A DNA stretch of 64,000 nt from contig NC_042999.1 in assembly GCF_006345805.1 (NCBI RefSeq), forward strand, positions 6,076,001-6,140,000. The letters are read 5' to 3'. The stretch is from Octopus sinensis. Taxonomy: Eukaryota. Shown piece by piece: positions 22,961 to 35,702 of this stretch; positions within the stretch are counted from its first letter, which is position 1, and every line of letters starts with the position of its first letter. A program made the translations under genes and the position numbers. Below the pieces are notes generated by a model. It was given only the letters and a program-made list of their open reading frames with translations. It had not been told where the DNA came from and ran no database searches.

Positions 22961-25539
22961 TCAAGTTATCCAATCAGTTCTGTCCAATTTTACCTTTTTT
23001 TTAGATTTGAATGAAATTTAATAGTATTTTCAAATTTCTAATTCAATTAAAAATTATTTTTATGCATTTGTGTACGTTTAAACTAATTCAATATTGTTTT
23101 ACAAAATAATAGAGGGTGTCCACAAAGTCTGCGTACATGGGGATTAACACATACTTTTAAAACAAACCAATTTTATTTAATTATAATGTTAATAAATAAT
23201 ATTTTCAAAGTGATTTCCATCATTTTTCAGTGCATAACTTGATGCGCCTGGCAAAATTCAGGTGAACTTGATTAAATAGGTCTACATTGCCATCAATTTC
23301 AGCACACTGACTGGTAATGCGTTCTCTCATGTGTTTTAAATCTGTAATCTTTATTGTAATCTTTCTCTTTCAACATACTCCACAAAAAGAAATCAAGAGG
23401 AGAAAGGTCTGGTGAACGAGGGGACCTTTCCATATGAGCCCTTCTTCCAATCCAGTGAGGAAAAGTGTCATTAAGCCAATCTCTAACAGTTGTGGCAAAA
23501 TGGGTAGGGGCCCCATCCTGCTGAAACCAATTCGAAAGGCCCTCGCCTAGGCGCTCAATTTGAGATATTAATTTGTCTCTCAATATGTTTACATAAGTCT
23601 CATCCGTTACAGGTTCAATGAAGAAGGGTCCTAGAACATGAGCTTTCCACAAACCACACCACACCATCACCTTTTTGCTGCCTTGCTGTTTAGATGGATC
23701 CATCCAATGTGGATTACCTCGAGACCAGTATAGAAGATTCTGTCTGTTGACCTCACCATTTACATAAAACGTAGCTTTGTCACTGAACAACAAAGTTTTT
23801 CGTAAAATTGATATTTTAATCCAATTTATCTGAAAACCATTCGCACGTCTACATTCGTCTATCAGTGTCGTCTTCATTTAAGTGATGCAATATCTGTAGG
23901 TTGTATCGATGAAACTTTTCCTCGACCAGCATTTTGTGGATGGTTGGTTTTGGAACACCTAACACCGTGGATGTCCGACGAAGTGATTTCTTTGGGCTAG
24001 CAGAAACTTTAGCCATGACAGCCTCTTTCGTTTCATCTGAAGTCTTTGGTCGCCCGGAACGGGGTTTATCCAAAACACTGCCTGTTTCTTTGAATTTCTT
24101 GATCAATTTCCCGACGGCAGTAAAAAAAAATAGGTTACCTATAAGGGTGTCGAAGATTAAATTCTTCCGCAATTTTGCGATAAGACCATCCCTCTCGTCC
24201 ACTTAATAATACTAACTCGATTCTTTCTCCTTTAGACAGATCCATCATTCGATCTGGGATTCTTTCTTCTTTAGACAGAGCCATTATTCGATCATCTGTA
24301 GAAAAAAATACCAAATAAATTTAGAAAAGTAAAGTATTTTTTTTATTTAATTTAAACAAAAGTAAAAAAGGAAAATTATTATTTCTTATATTTGTTTATG
24401 TTATGATTTTATTCCATGTACCCAGACCTCGTGGACACCCTAAAATTGCTTTGATTAAAACCCTTTCAACATGGAAGTATCCAAGGAGCATTTAAGGCAC
24501 ATATTCTTTATGAGTACAATAAAGTTAACTCTGCAGCCGAAGTGACTCGAAACATACACTCAGTTTATGGGAAAGTACTTGAATGAAAGAAGTTGCAGGA
24601 GATCGTTTGCAAAATTGAAGATGAAGATCCAATAGAATGTCCAGTTGAGTTTGATAATAAGCTCCTTGACGCATAACTTGAAGAAAATCCGTCATTATCA
24701 GTTGAAGAATTGGCAATAAAGCTTACTTCAAACCATACAACAGTTCATCGTCATCTTCAACAACCTGGAAAGATTCCTAAACTTGGAAAATAGGTGCCTC
24801 ATGTATTGTCCGAAAGCAACCGCAAATCCCGAGTCGACATCTGCTCTTCTCTCCATTCTCGCAAACTCATTTCACCCTTTTTCGATAGACTTGTGACGAA
24901 AAATGGATTTTCTATCGAAATGTTAAATGTCGTAAACAGTGGCTTGGTAAAAGGGAAAATGCTCAACCACAACCGAGAAGGAAACTTCATGGGAAAAAGG
25001 TTCTACTCTATCTGGTGCGATTGCAAAGGCGTAATTCACTTTATATTGTTACCACCTAATGCAACAATCAATGCTCAAGTCTACAGTCAGCAATTATAGC
25101 GTTTGAACCAAGCTTTGAAGAAAAAAGAGCCGCTTTAGTGAGTCGAAAACGAGTGATGTTTCATCAGGACAATACGCAACCCCACACTGCAAAGATCACA
25201 TCACAGAAGATCGAAGAGGTCGGTTTGGAAAAATTTCTTCATCCAACTTATTCTCCCGACCTTACTCCTTCAGGATACCATTTGTTTCATAGTTTACAGA
25301 AATATTAGGGGGACACAACTTTCGCAAGCCAGGAGGAGGTCGAACTTGACATTTCAGAGTTCTTCGCTTTGAAACCAAAAGAGTTTTACATTGATGGGAT
25401 TAAAAAGCTTGTAAATAGATGGAAGTAAGTCATAGATAATCAGGGAAGGTACATTGATGATTAACTTTCAATTAAATATAACATTTGATCACTTGGATTC
25501 TTTATCCAAAATTCAGACAGAACTTATGGGATGACCTGA
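22961..25539 (+). mobile_element. mariner (DD34D-type) transposon, defective, interrupted by a nested insertion
   Basis: Imperfect TIRs TCAAGTTATCCAATCAGTTCTGTCC (22961) and rc TCAGGTCATCCCATAAGTTCTGTCT (25539) in TA runs. Transposase fragments MEVSKEHLRHIFFYEY.., VPHVLSESNRKSRVDICSSL, HQDNTQPH, YSPDLTPSGYHLF. Confidence 0.85.
23112..24440 (-). mobile_element. Tc1/mariner superfamily element of the DD41D (rosa/Visitor)-like group, defective
   Basis: TIRs GGGTGTCCAC(A/G)A(A/G)GTCTG(C/G)GTACATGG with TA at both ends. ORFs 23849-24202 (RSGRP) and 23299-23877 (FSDKA..QQDGAPTH..SPDLSPLDFFLW); 40 residues between the 2nd and 3rd Asp by manual count. Confidence 0.85.
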
Positions 25540-25547
25540 GATATATA

Positions 25548-26217
25548 CACCGGCGAAAATATATTTAAGACCGACGATAAAAGTTCTATTTCTTACAAAA
25601 TATTTTGTTACTAACACCATACAAATTATTTATATCTTTTACACCTTATGCAAAATTTATTTCTCTTTCGAATGATGCAAACAATTTTTATACAACTTGA
25701 AGAATTCTAATGCTAATTTAATATATATTTCTTTACTGCCCACAAGGGGCTAAACATAGAGTGGACAAACAAGGACAGACAAAGGGATTAAGTCGATTAC
25801 ATCGACTCCAGTGTGTAACTGGTACTTAATTTATCGACCCCGAAAGGATGAAAAGCAAAGTCGACCTCGGCGGAATTTGAACTCAGAACGTAATATAAAC
25901 GTTTCAAATTTACCGGCAAAATTAGTTTAAGACCATGTAATATGTATGCAATTTTTTTGGCCAAAATGGTTGATCACACAACGAGCCTAAATGCACCATA
26001 TAAAGTTATAATTTAATGTTATTATACAATTTATTAATAATGGGAAAACAACGTAGCCTTAGTCCAGTCACGAGAGCAAAAATCGTATATTACAGCAAAA
26101 AGTTTCCTTTTCGAACATCAGCAAGCAACTAAAGTGCAGTAAACCGGTTTGCGTGCAAGCGTGGAAGTTATACTCGGAGACTGGTCAATATAAAGATCGG
26201 CAAAGGACTAGTAACAG

Positions 26218-26218
<1 letters not shown>
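25548..26218 (+). mobile_element. Tc1-like element 5' fragment, with SINE family B inserted at ~25735-25890 (-)
   Basis: TA^CACCGGCGAAAATATATTTAAGACC with an internal repeat TACCGGCAAAATTAGTTTAAGACC at ~25911. ATG at 26040: MGKQRSLSPVTRAKIV..KLYSETGQYKDRQRTS. Confidence 0.65.
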
Positions 26219-26255
<37 letters not shown>

Positions 26256-26479
26256 TATATAATGTATATAATACGAGAATTTTAATGGAGATAACCTGCA
26301 GTATATAGTACAACATTTTTGTCTCCGTATATGAGCTAAGTATTAATAAAATGCGGTATACGATAAAAATTTCGGATATAGCTGCCCAACCACCTCTGCT
26401 GTAAGTAGGTGGAATTATATCAGGGAAGCTTTGTATACCACATCAATAGATACTTTCGGCATGAGAGAAAGGCAAAACC

Positions 26480-28684
26480 CAGATTTTGTTCAGTGCTGGG
26501 CTCTCAGAGCTGGAAACAGTTATCGAAACAAAGCGTGCAGCTCTGATGTAATACAAGAGTGATTCTTCTATAAAGTCACTCGAAGAACTCAGAAAGGCAA
26601 GAAATAAAACCCAACTGACTGCCAGACGCTGTACAAATAGGTATTGGCAGGAAATCTGTCAGAGTATCCAGTCAGCTGCTGACAGTGGCGACACCTGTGG
26701 GATGTATGCCGGTTTGAAGAAGGCCCTCGGTCCATCCGCAACCAAGTCAGTCCCACTGAAATCAACTACTGGGGATCTCATCAAGGACCAAAGCAAGCAA
26801 ATGGATAGATGGGTGGAGTACTACCAGGATCTCTACTCATGAGAGACCACGGTAGCTGAGGCTGCAATCGAGGGTGTCAAGATCTTGCCTGTCATGTGTG
26901 AACTTGAAAGTCTGCTATCTATAGCAGAGCTCACCAAGGCTATTGACTCTCTAGGAAGTAACAAGGCTCCGGGAAAAGACGGCATCCCTTTAGAGATCAT
27001 CAAAACCGGCAAAAACACCATCCTGCTTCGGCACATTCATGAGCTTCTGTGTTAGTGCTGGGAAGAGGATACAGTCCCTCAGGATATGCGGGATGCTAAC
27101 ATCATTACGTTTTACAAAAACAAAGGTGACCGTGGTGATTGTAACAATTACCGTGGAATATCTCTTCTAAGCACTGTTGGAAAGGCCTCTGCTCGCATTA
27201 TCCTGTCCAGGCTGCAACTGCTTGCTTCTCGAATTTATCCAGAAACGCAGTGTGGCTTTAGAAGAAGCAGATCAACTATTGATATGATATTCTCCATACG
27301 CCAACTTCAGGAGAAGTCCAGAGAGCAGAAAAGGCCATTATATATGCCTTTGACTTAGTAAGTAGAAAAGGCCTCTTAATCCTGCTCAAAAAAATCGGAT
27401 GTCCACCAAAGCCGCTGAGGATCATCACATCTTTCCATGATGATATGCAAGGCACCATACAGCACAATGGTTCAACATCAGCCGCCTTCCAAATAAAAAA
27501 TGGGGTAAAGCAAGGTTGTGTCCTTGCTCCTACATTATTTGGCATCTTCTTCTCGCTGCTGCTGTCACATGCCTTTGTGACATCAGATGATGGAGTGTTT
27601 CTGCACAGTAGAAGTGATGGGAAACTGTTCAATCTCTCGCGTCTGCGTGCCAAGACCAAAATCAGAAGCGTCCTGATCAAGAAGATGCTATTTGCTGATG
27701 ATGCCGCTCTGGTATCACACACAGAAGAAGCCCTACAAAGGATCATCAACTGTTTTGAGCAAGCATGTGGCAACTTTGGCTTATTTATCAGCCTCAAGAA
27801 GACCAATATCATGGGTCAGGCTACATCGACCATCCGAAACATACATATTGGAGACCACAGACTACAGGAGTTGGAGAAGTTTACCTTTCTTGGCTCTACC
27901 GTCACCTACAACCTACCCCTTGATACTGAGCTCAATATTCGCATTGGCAAGGCAGCTGCTGTGATGGCCCAAAGCTGACCAAGACCGCAAAAATTAAGAT
28001 GTACCAGGCATGTGTACTTAGCAATCTACTGTATGGAAGTGAAACTTGGACGCCATACACACGCCATACGACGCCATACGTCGCCTAAATATCTTTCACC
28101 TGCGCTGCCTCCGGAAAATCCTTCGCATCAAATGGCAGAATCACGTCCCCAACAAAGATGTCCTCAAGCAAGCAGGAATACCAAGCATGTTTACACTCCT
28201 CACACAAAGACGTATGAGATGGCTTCGACATGTTAGCCGTATGGAAGATGGCAGAATCCCCAAGGACATACTCAACGGTGAGCTTACTAGAGGCACTAGG
28301 TCTGTGAGAAGACCGTTCTTACGATACAAGGATGTTTGCAAAAGGGACATGAAGGCCTGCAACATCAATATTACAAACTGGGAAGCAGTTGCCAGCAACC
28401 GTGGAGATTGGCGACGTACCGTAAAAGAGGGAATACAAAGAGTGACATAGAGGGAGAGGAGAAATGGAAAGACAAGAAAAGACGTCAACAAGAAAGTATG
28501 ACATTACAACCCGCCAGGCTAAGTCTTCGCTACATTTGCGGCAACTGCCAGAGGGAGTGTTTGTCCAGGATAGGTCTACACAGCCACAGCAGGAAATGTA
28601 TCAGGACATGAAATGTAAAAGCCGGACTAGATTATTTCATGCGTAACTCCATTGTCTCCCGAGACAAAAAGGATGCCAACAACA
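26480..28684 (+). mobile_element. RTE/BovB-clade LINE, 5'-truncated and frameshifted
   Basis: NYRGISLLSTVGK, QCGFRRSRSTIDMIF, QGCVLAPTLFGIFF, LFADDAAL, RRMRWLRHVSRMEDGRIPKDIL, C-terminal CGNCQRECLSRIGLHSHSRKC; ends GGATGCC(AAC)n. Confidence 0.92.
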
Positions 28685-28977
28685 ATATATATGGATTTCG
28701 TAGATAGGAACTGAAACAAATCAATCGTATATATATGTATATATGTAAGTGCATGTGTGTGTCTTTGTGTCTGTGTTTCGCCCTCATCACGGCTTCACAA
28801 CTGCTGTTCATTTATTTACATCCACAAAACTTACTGGTTTCACAAGAACAAACTAATAGAATAAGTACTAGGCTTATCAACATAAAAAAGCACTATGCTG
28901 TGTCTCATATTTTTGTTTGCCCACTCAGTTGTATCTATCAATTTATCTTTGTGTGTGTGTGTGTGTGTGTGTGTGTA

Positions 28978-29018
<41 letters not shown>

Positions 29019-30063
29019 CCCTAATGGGAGCCTTAACTCCCAAATTTTAGTCATTTCTTTTTCGATCCAAAACTAGGTCAAAAGTACTGAATGGATTTTT
29101 ATGAAATTTGGAAATTATATTCTAAGCATAAGGGCCATAACCCCATGACAATTTATATATTTTTGCTGTTGGTGAAATTTTAACCATCGATATTAGACGC
29201 AAATGAAGTAATATTTATAAAATTTCATCTTCTTACAAAGCTAGAAAGACCCCTCCATGGAGACTTAACACCCACAATTTCGTCATTTTATCTAAACAAA
29301 ATCGAATACAGTTGTGCTCTTGGAAGCTGTAGGTTTACCCGAGCATAAAAGTTGGGCATTATTTCTAATTCAATGGTACAACAGTGTAACAGTTTGCTTT
29401 GACATACACTTACATTGTGATTTCTGCAATGTGATGCATAAATTGTTAAGTAAATGAGAGGCATCTTTGTCTCCACTGATTCAGTTGCAAAGTGTTGAGT
29501 AAAGTTATTTGATTGCCGACCTCCTTTCAGTCTTTTTATTATCACTCGGTCACACATAGTCCCCAGATGGTAACATTGATTACAAGGCCTTCCCAGATGA
29601 GTGACTGGTTATTCAAAGACATTTATAGATTTTAAATTCATTCTGTCCAGTTACGTATCAGTATAGTGGTCATTTGCAAACTCCAGAGGTGACACTTTAA
29701 TTTCTCCTAAGCCCTCACGTCACACAGTTGTTAATGTTGATTTCAGTTGGGTAACGCCCTTCCAATTGCTATAGATTCGTAATGCATCTTACGGCTGTGC
29801 CTGTCACCTGAATGGTGAGGAATCCTACATTGGGAGTGGTAACAACTAGGGTAGGGTAAATACTGCTTATTGTGATCATTCGTCTTTTGGTTTCCATGTG
29901 GTACGATTACAATTTTTTTAGGGTGTGTAAAGAGGGAAATAACCTCCATCTGCAATTTTGATGAAATTCGAAACATAGATATTCCAGTTCATTCAGAAAA
30001 TATAAGAGAAAAGTTTAATTCTTCAATTGAATGTAACCGGGCAACGCCGGGTATCTCTGCTAG
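28978..30063 (+). mobile_element. Complete non-autonomous Helitron (1086 bp) with unexplained internal sequence
   Basis: A28977^TC start; 3' CCGGGCAACGCCGGG hairpin + CTAG (30060-30063)^T30064. Confidence 0.85.
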
Positions 30064-30139
30064 TGTATATATATATATATATATATAAGTCAGTAAATGG
30101 TGGGGTTGTATTAACCGCATGTGGAGAAATGTATTTTTT

Positions 30140-30380
30140 TCCATTCCTATATGTGTGTGTGTGTGTGTTTGTGTGTCTGTGTTTGTCCTCCTACCATCGC
30201 TTGACAACCGATGTTGGTGTGTTTACGTCCCCGTAACTTAGCGGTTCGGCAAAAGAGACCGATATAATAAGTGCTAGGCTTACAAAGAATAAGCCCTGGG
30301 AGTCGATTTATTCGACTAAAAGGCGGTGCTCCAGCATGGTCGCAGTCAAATGACTGAAACAAATAAAAGAATAAAAGAAT
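30140..30380 (+). mobile_element. SINE family A, 3' half
   Basis: GCTTGACAACCGATGTTGGTGTGTTTACGTCCCCG..GACTGAAAC. Confidence 0.85.
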
Positions 30381-30869
30381 TGGGAAACAGACGAGACTTC
30401 TCAGTTACGGTGCGAGGTTAAATGTGTTTTCGAAGACCATCGATAGATCTTGAACCAATCGTCTTTCTATTGATTTTCTCATTCGTTTGGACTCACCTTC
30501 ATACAAACAACCAAAACCAAGTCTCAAGAGACAAGATAACATGAATAATTAATACTAATTACTCTTCTACGGATGACCGAAACAGCGGAATCTGATGGCC
30601 AAAGAGTCTTTAAAGCAGCAAACAAAATGTCTGGAGTATTTATTTACGGTTCTTTGCGTTCTAAGTTCAAATTTTGCCGAGGTTAAGCCTGAGGTCGATA
30701 AATTGAAGTATCGGTCGTTAAGTAATTGATCGTATCCGAAATGTTAGTAGAACTATAATAGAAGGGAAAAATACTTTATCTAATGTCGATAAAATAAATA
30801 CTTGGCTCTGATCAATTTAATCAATTCTTCCATGAACCTATTTTTGTTGCTGTGGATTCCCTCAATATT

Positions 30870-31085
30870 TGGTTTCAGATTTTGACACAAGGTCAGCGAT
30901 TTCGGCGGAGGAGGTAAGTCGATTACATCAACCCCAGTACGCAACTGGTACTTAATTTATCGATGCCGAAAGGATGAAAGGCAAAATCGACCTCGGCGGA
31001 ATTTGAACTCAGAACGTAAAGACGAACGAAATGGTGCTAAGCATTTTCCCCGGCGCGCTAACGATTGTGGCAGCTCGCCGCCTTC
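30870..31085 (-). mobile_element. SINE family B (tRNA head + GTCGAC..TTTCATCCTTTCGG..AAGTACCAG domain)
   Basis: Reverse complement of 62062-62295. Further copies at 35090-35480(+), 45625-45850(-), 48400-48580(-), 50760-50985(-). Confidence 0.85.
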
Positions 31086-31099
31086 GATACCCCCAACAT

Positions 31100-31510
31100 T
31101 TACAATAAAAGTCTACTACACTAGTTTTGTCTCTCTGCGTTTTTAATTCAAACCTCGGCAGTGTTTGAAAGCATCAGCTGCATTCAACCAACTTGAAAAG
31201 ATCTGGAAGATCCCTAAGGGCCAAAGATGAGGTTCGACAATAGTAGCGTGCTGTGAACTTAAGCTTATGACTGCGAAACGTGACAGATGAAAATCACTCA
31301 AACGTAAAATTCTTGGCATCAAATGGAGTTACTTCGTCACCGATAAAGAAGTGGAGCAACGAACCAACCCGCAACTTTTGTCTAATTTTGTGTGCAAACG
31401 CCGTCTGAGCTGACTGGGTCTCGTAATACGATTCCCACGTGAAAGATTCGCACTGAAAAGTTGTCAGTGGATATACTCCCCTTTGCGGCGGTCGGTGCTT
31501 CATCTAACAC
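31100..31510 (+). mobile_element. RTE-type LINE C-terminal fragment (degenerate)
   Basis: KASAAFNQLEKIWK.. and RKILGIKWSYFVTDKEVEQRT..KRRLS*LGLVIR. Confidence 0.7.
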
Positions 31511-31902
31511 TGTATGGTTGACAGTCGAATGAATGGCGGTGTAATGGAGATATTGTACGTAAAGGGAGACACTCCGGGAAGGGACTGCAATGGGAGATGG
31601 CAACAGGGAAGTGAACTGTTGAAATGTTGCAGAAGGCAAAGGGTTGACATTGGATTGCTGGTGTGGCTGCAGAGTAAGAAACTTAAACTGAACCTGTGCA
31701 GTCACGTGAGAATATGTAGTAATGGATTACTTGAAAAAATAAGTGGTTGGTGGGAGTAATTGAAGAATATGCTTTGATATTGAAGTCCTTGGAGGAAACT
31801 GCTTTGTTGGTGCAGTATTCGGGCTTGTTGGTATGATGACAAAATGGTATCCATTCACAAAGAGCAGTGGATACTGGGCCACATCGTAGGATGTAGTGAT
31901 TC

Positions 31903-32575
31903 CTACAAAACTTCTTGATAAACAATATTCTTTGTTTTCCTTTGAGGAATAAATGAAAATAGATTTCTTTTTTTTTTTTTTTTTTGCTTCCCACTCTAGA
32001 GCAGCCAACATTTAATTACGCGTGTGAGAAGCACGACTCTTCCAAGTGAAGTTCTACCACAGACAGCGTTTGACTCTGAGATTTATTGATAGACATTGCG
32101 AAGCTGATACGAATTGGAACTGACACTCTTCTGAGTGAAAAAGGAATTTCTGCTCCCAGTGGAATGAGAGGAATTCAAGGTATGAAAACATCCTCTCCTT
32201 TTCCATATCCAGAGAGAATGGTGGCTTCAATAACATGTGGCATCATCTTCTTTACCACCTAGCGTATCCCATTGCAGAGTGTTGGTGAATCTAAACCCCT
32301 CAATAACATTACTGGAGTTCCCACATTAAGTTCCAATCTGTGGGGAGATAGTCCCAAAGGCTCCAATGAATTGAGAAATTCTGTTGGATAATTTACCACC
32401 TCTTGAGGATCTGGGATTGTATCAACTGACTTACAGATGTTTGGACTTCCAGGAAGGTACTACAGCAACTGCTCATTAATTTTACTTGCCGTGCTGTTTT
32501 TTGGAGACAGTATCGCTTTTCACACAGTCAATTGAGTTTGTGATAATTTTTCGACCAATTGAGGATCTCCCCTTT
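31903..32575 (-). mobile_element. Helitron RepHel Pif1-helicase C-terminal fragment (degenerate)
   Basis: ILSPKNST..YPTEFLNSLEPLGLSPHRLELNVGTPVMLLRGLDSPTLCNG..FIPRIPLIP..PIRISFAMSINKSQSQTL..CFSHA*LNVGCSRVG..KTKNIVYQEVL*. Confidence 0.9.
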
Positions 32576-33039
32576 CGAGATATTATGTCAAGAAATATGA
32601 TGTAACAAAATGAGATGACAGTTGTACGTAAATAATGAAATGACAATAAAAAAAGGTAAATAATACCAATATCTTAGCAAATTTTAAGAAATATATCCAA
32701 TGAACTGAGAGGACACTGTTATGTTAATAATTAACTGTCAATAAAAAAACAATTAATATCAGTATTTTAAAAAGATGGAAAACGTTCAGCAATTTAATCA
32801 CGTTGATTGAGGAAGACAATCAATTTCTGAAAGTTACTTCGTAAAGAATTACCACCCTTCTTCACATAACCCAGGAAAGGGTGTTTTCTGCGCCCAGATG
32901 GCCCGTTACTCACTATGTAAAAACCATATCTGGAACATAAATATTGTATGATCTCTGTTTGGAGAAAATCAGTTGAGAACTTCAGAAGATATACGGGTTT
33001 ACACACACACACACACACAGCCTCACTGTTATATATATA

Positions 33040-33592
33040 TAAGGTTAGCTATTCTTGTTGCAGAAATTTCGCCTCTTACATTAGCCAACATAATAGGAAG
33101 CTAATTGAGATTAGACATGGTGCCGAGCCCATTAAGAAATGTAATTTCAAAAACGAAAGCTCCTGTCCGTTAGAAGGGAAATGTCTAGTGAAAGGAGTAG
33201 TTTATAGAGCCAAGGTGCAAGTGGAAGGCTCATCGGAATACAAGACATACACAGGGGCTTCAGAAAATTCATTTAAAACAAGATTTTATTCTCATAAGAA
33301 TTCTTTTAAATACCCAGAGAATAGAAAGAAAACCAGCCTAGCAAAATATGTCTGGGAACTAAAAGAAAAGGAAGCCCCACCTTTCAACGTGACATGGAGC
33401 ATTCTGGACAGGGCGGCACCATACAGACATGGAGCTTACAAATATAATTTCAAGTGCAAGCTTTGCTTATTAGAGAAAATGCACATATTATTCAAAGACA
33501 ATAATTCTTTGAATCAAAGAAGTGAGTTAATGAACTTATGTAGGCACGCGGCTAAATTTAAAATGTCGAATATAAATATACCATATGGATAG
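33040..33592 (+). CDS. GIY-YIG endonuclease of a Naiad-type Penelope-like element (5'-truncated, frame intact)
   Basis: KVSYSCCRNFASYISQHN..CPLEGKCLVKGVVYRA..KTYTG..FKTRFYSHKNSF..CKLCLLEK..LNQRSELMNLCRH; begins directly after (TA)n. Confidence 0.88.
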
Positions 33593-34594
33593 AGTATATA
33601 TTTTGTATTTTGATTTTTTGATTTTGATTTTGACTCTTGAGCGCTACGACGGACCTATAGCAAAGTCTTATTGTTTCTACATATATATTAGGAAAAACCT
33701 ACAAACTTTGTTTTCATGTTATTGTATTGCATAAGATTACCTTGATTATTTATATTACCTTGATTATTTATAAATGACCCAAAATAGGATGTTATATTTT
33801 ATTTTATATGTCTTTCGTATATATTTTATTAATGCACCCATTTTTTAAAAGCAATGTTTTTTTAAAAAAAGCAATGTTGTCAAATTTAGAATGTTTATAT
33901 AAGTTTGTGTATAGCAAGCATATGTATTTGTGAGCATGCGTATCTGTGTATGTGTAAGTGAAAGTATGCTTGTGCTTAAGCACGCATACACACGACGGTA
34001 TGTATATGTATCAATTCAAACTTGTGTATGTATACTGGCCTCTATAGATGCCAATAATATCGCTACAAGTTTTTTCCCCACCCCTCCTTCGTTCCTTTTT
34101 CTCTCTTCCCTTTCTTTCGTTCCCCCTCCTTGCTCAGTATATGAGAATTGCTACATAGATGAATTTTAGCTTGCGTGCGAGACGGTTTGCGTGAATATAT
34201 GTACACATGCTTTTATGTGTATAATTTAGATTCATATTCATACGTCTGTATATGTATGTATGGCGTTTACGCGCATCCTTTTGTGTATGTGATATATATA
34301 TGTGGATTTTAATATAAATATGTATTGCAGTATTTATAACAGGTTTAATTTCTATGCATTAATTTGCACTGTCTTCATTAACGGCAATAGGTTTTTTCCT
34401 CGGTTTTTTCCTCGGATTTTATAATTTTTATAAGTTTTTTTATATATATACATATATTTTTGACCTTTTTGTTTATCGCTCGAAGATTGACCGTTTTTTC
34501 TAAAGGGCCAATCAAACAAGTCCATTTCTTTTTAAAGGTGTAGCGTTTGTAAGAGTATAGATTGAATTAATATATCAGTTCCATTCTAGCAAAA

Positions 34595-34632
34595 CTGTCT
34601 GATGAACGGCAACGAGAAACTCAGAGTAACAG
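34595..34632 (+). ncRNA. Minimal type-I hammerhead ribozyme motif (GUA cleavage site)
   Basis: CTGT-CTGATGA-A-CG(GCAA)CG-A-GAAA-CTC(A)GAG-T-A-ACAG. Confidence 0.75.
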
Positions 34633-35027
34633 ATTTTGTTGAATTTTCTGCTGCTTAAAATAAAGTATATATATATAATATATAATATATATATATATTA
34701 TATATATAATATATATATATAATATATATATATATATACTTTTTCTTTTATTTCTTTCGGTCATTAGACTGAGGCCATGCTGGGGCACCGCCTGGAGGAA
34801 TTTTAGTCGAACGAATCGATCCCAATACTTATTTTTTAAACCAGTTCTTTATTCTACCGGTCTCTTTGTCGAGCCGCTAAGTTATGGGAACGTAAACGAA
34901 TCAAATCCGGCTCTCGCGCATCGGAGAAGACAAACATAGACAAACACACACATACATACATACAGACAGACAGACATATACATACATACATGCATATATA
35001 TGTGTGTGTGTGTGTGGTGTGTGTGTG

Positions 35028-35074
<47 letters not shown>

Positions 35075-35702
35075 ATATATATATATATATAAGGAGCTGG
35101 CAGAATCGTCAGCACGCCGGGTAAAATGCTTAGCGGTATTTCGTCTGTCGAAATAAATTTTGTCTGTCGATTATATCGACCCCAGTGCGTATCTGGTACT
35201 TATCCTTTCGGGGTCGATTAAATAAGTACCAGTTACGCACTGGGGTCGATATAATCGACTTAATCTGTTTGTCTGTCCTTGTTTGTCCGCTCTGTGTTTA
35301 GCCCCTTGCGGGTAGTAAAGATATAGGTATTTCGTCTGTCTTCGCATTGTGGGTTCAAATTCCGCCGAGGTCGACTTTGCTTTTCATCCTTTCGGGGTCG
35401 ATAAATTAAGTACCAGTAAAACACTGGAGTCGACTAGTCCCCTACCCCAAAATTTCAGGCATTGTGCCTATAGTAAAAAGGATTATTATTAGCGACGGAA
35501 GCAGCTTTAGTATCAAAAGTTAATCTTTATATCCAACTAAACATGGAGGCTTTGTTAAAACACCGGAACCTGTGTATAAAAACACAAATGCATAGATTGT
35601 AGCTGACGCAATTCGTCTGTCGTATATCTAATCGTCTGTATATATACTAGAAATATTAAAATTACTAAGTCTCTCTAAAGGAGATTACGGCAGCGTTACT
35701 GG

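Larger units (their letters stand above)
33040..34665 (+). mobile_element. Naiad-type PLE 3' portion (EN + 3' region + hammerhead-containing terminus) between (TA)n tracts
   Basis: EN ORF, a ~1-kb AT-rich tail, hammerhead at 34595, AATAAA at ~34659, then (TA)n. Linkage of the tail to the ORF is inferred. Confidence 0.65.

Noticed and set aside
29480-29990. Helitron helicase motifs inside the 1086-bp Helitron
   Set aside because: Only loose resemblances in different frames; not convincing without an alignment.
30497-30620. Minus-strand GTGAGT donor with upstream acceptors
   Set aside because: The long version is closed in all frames; the 26-nt version is uninformative.
33040-33592. Selenocysteine recoding in the Naiad-type EN
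   Set aside because: No in-frame TGA in the visible part; no SECIS could be supported by eye.
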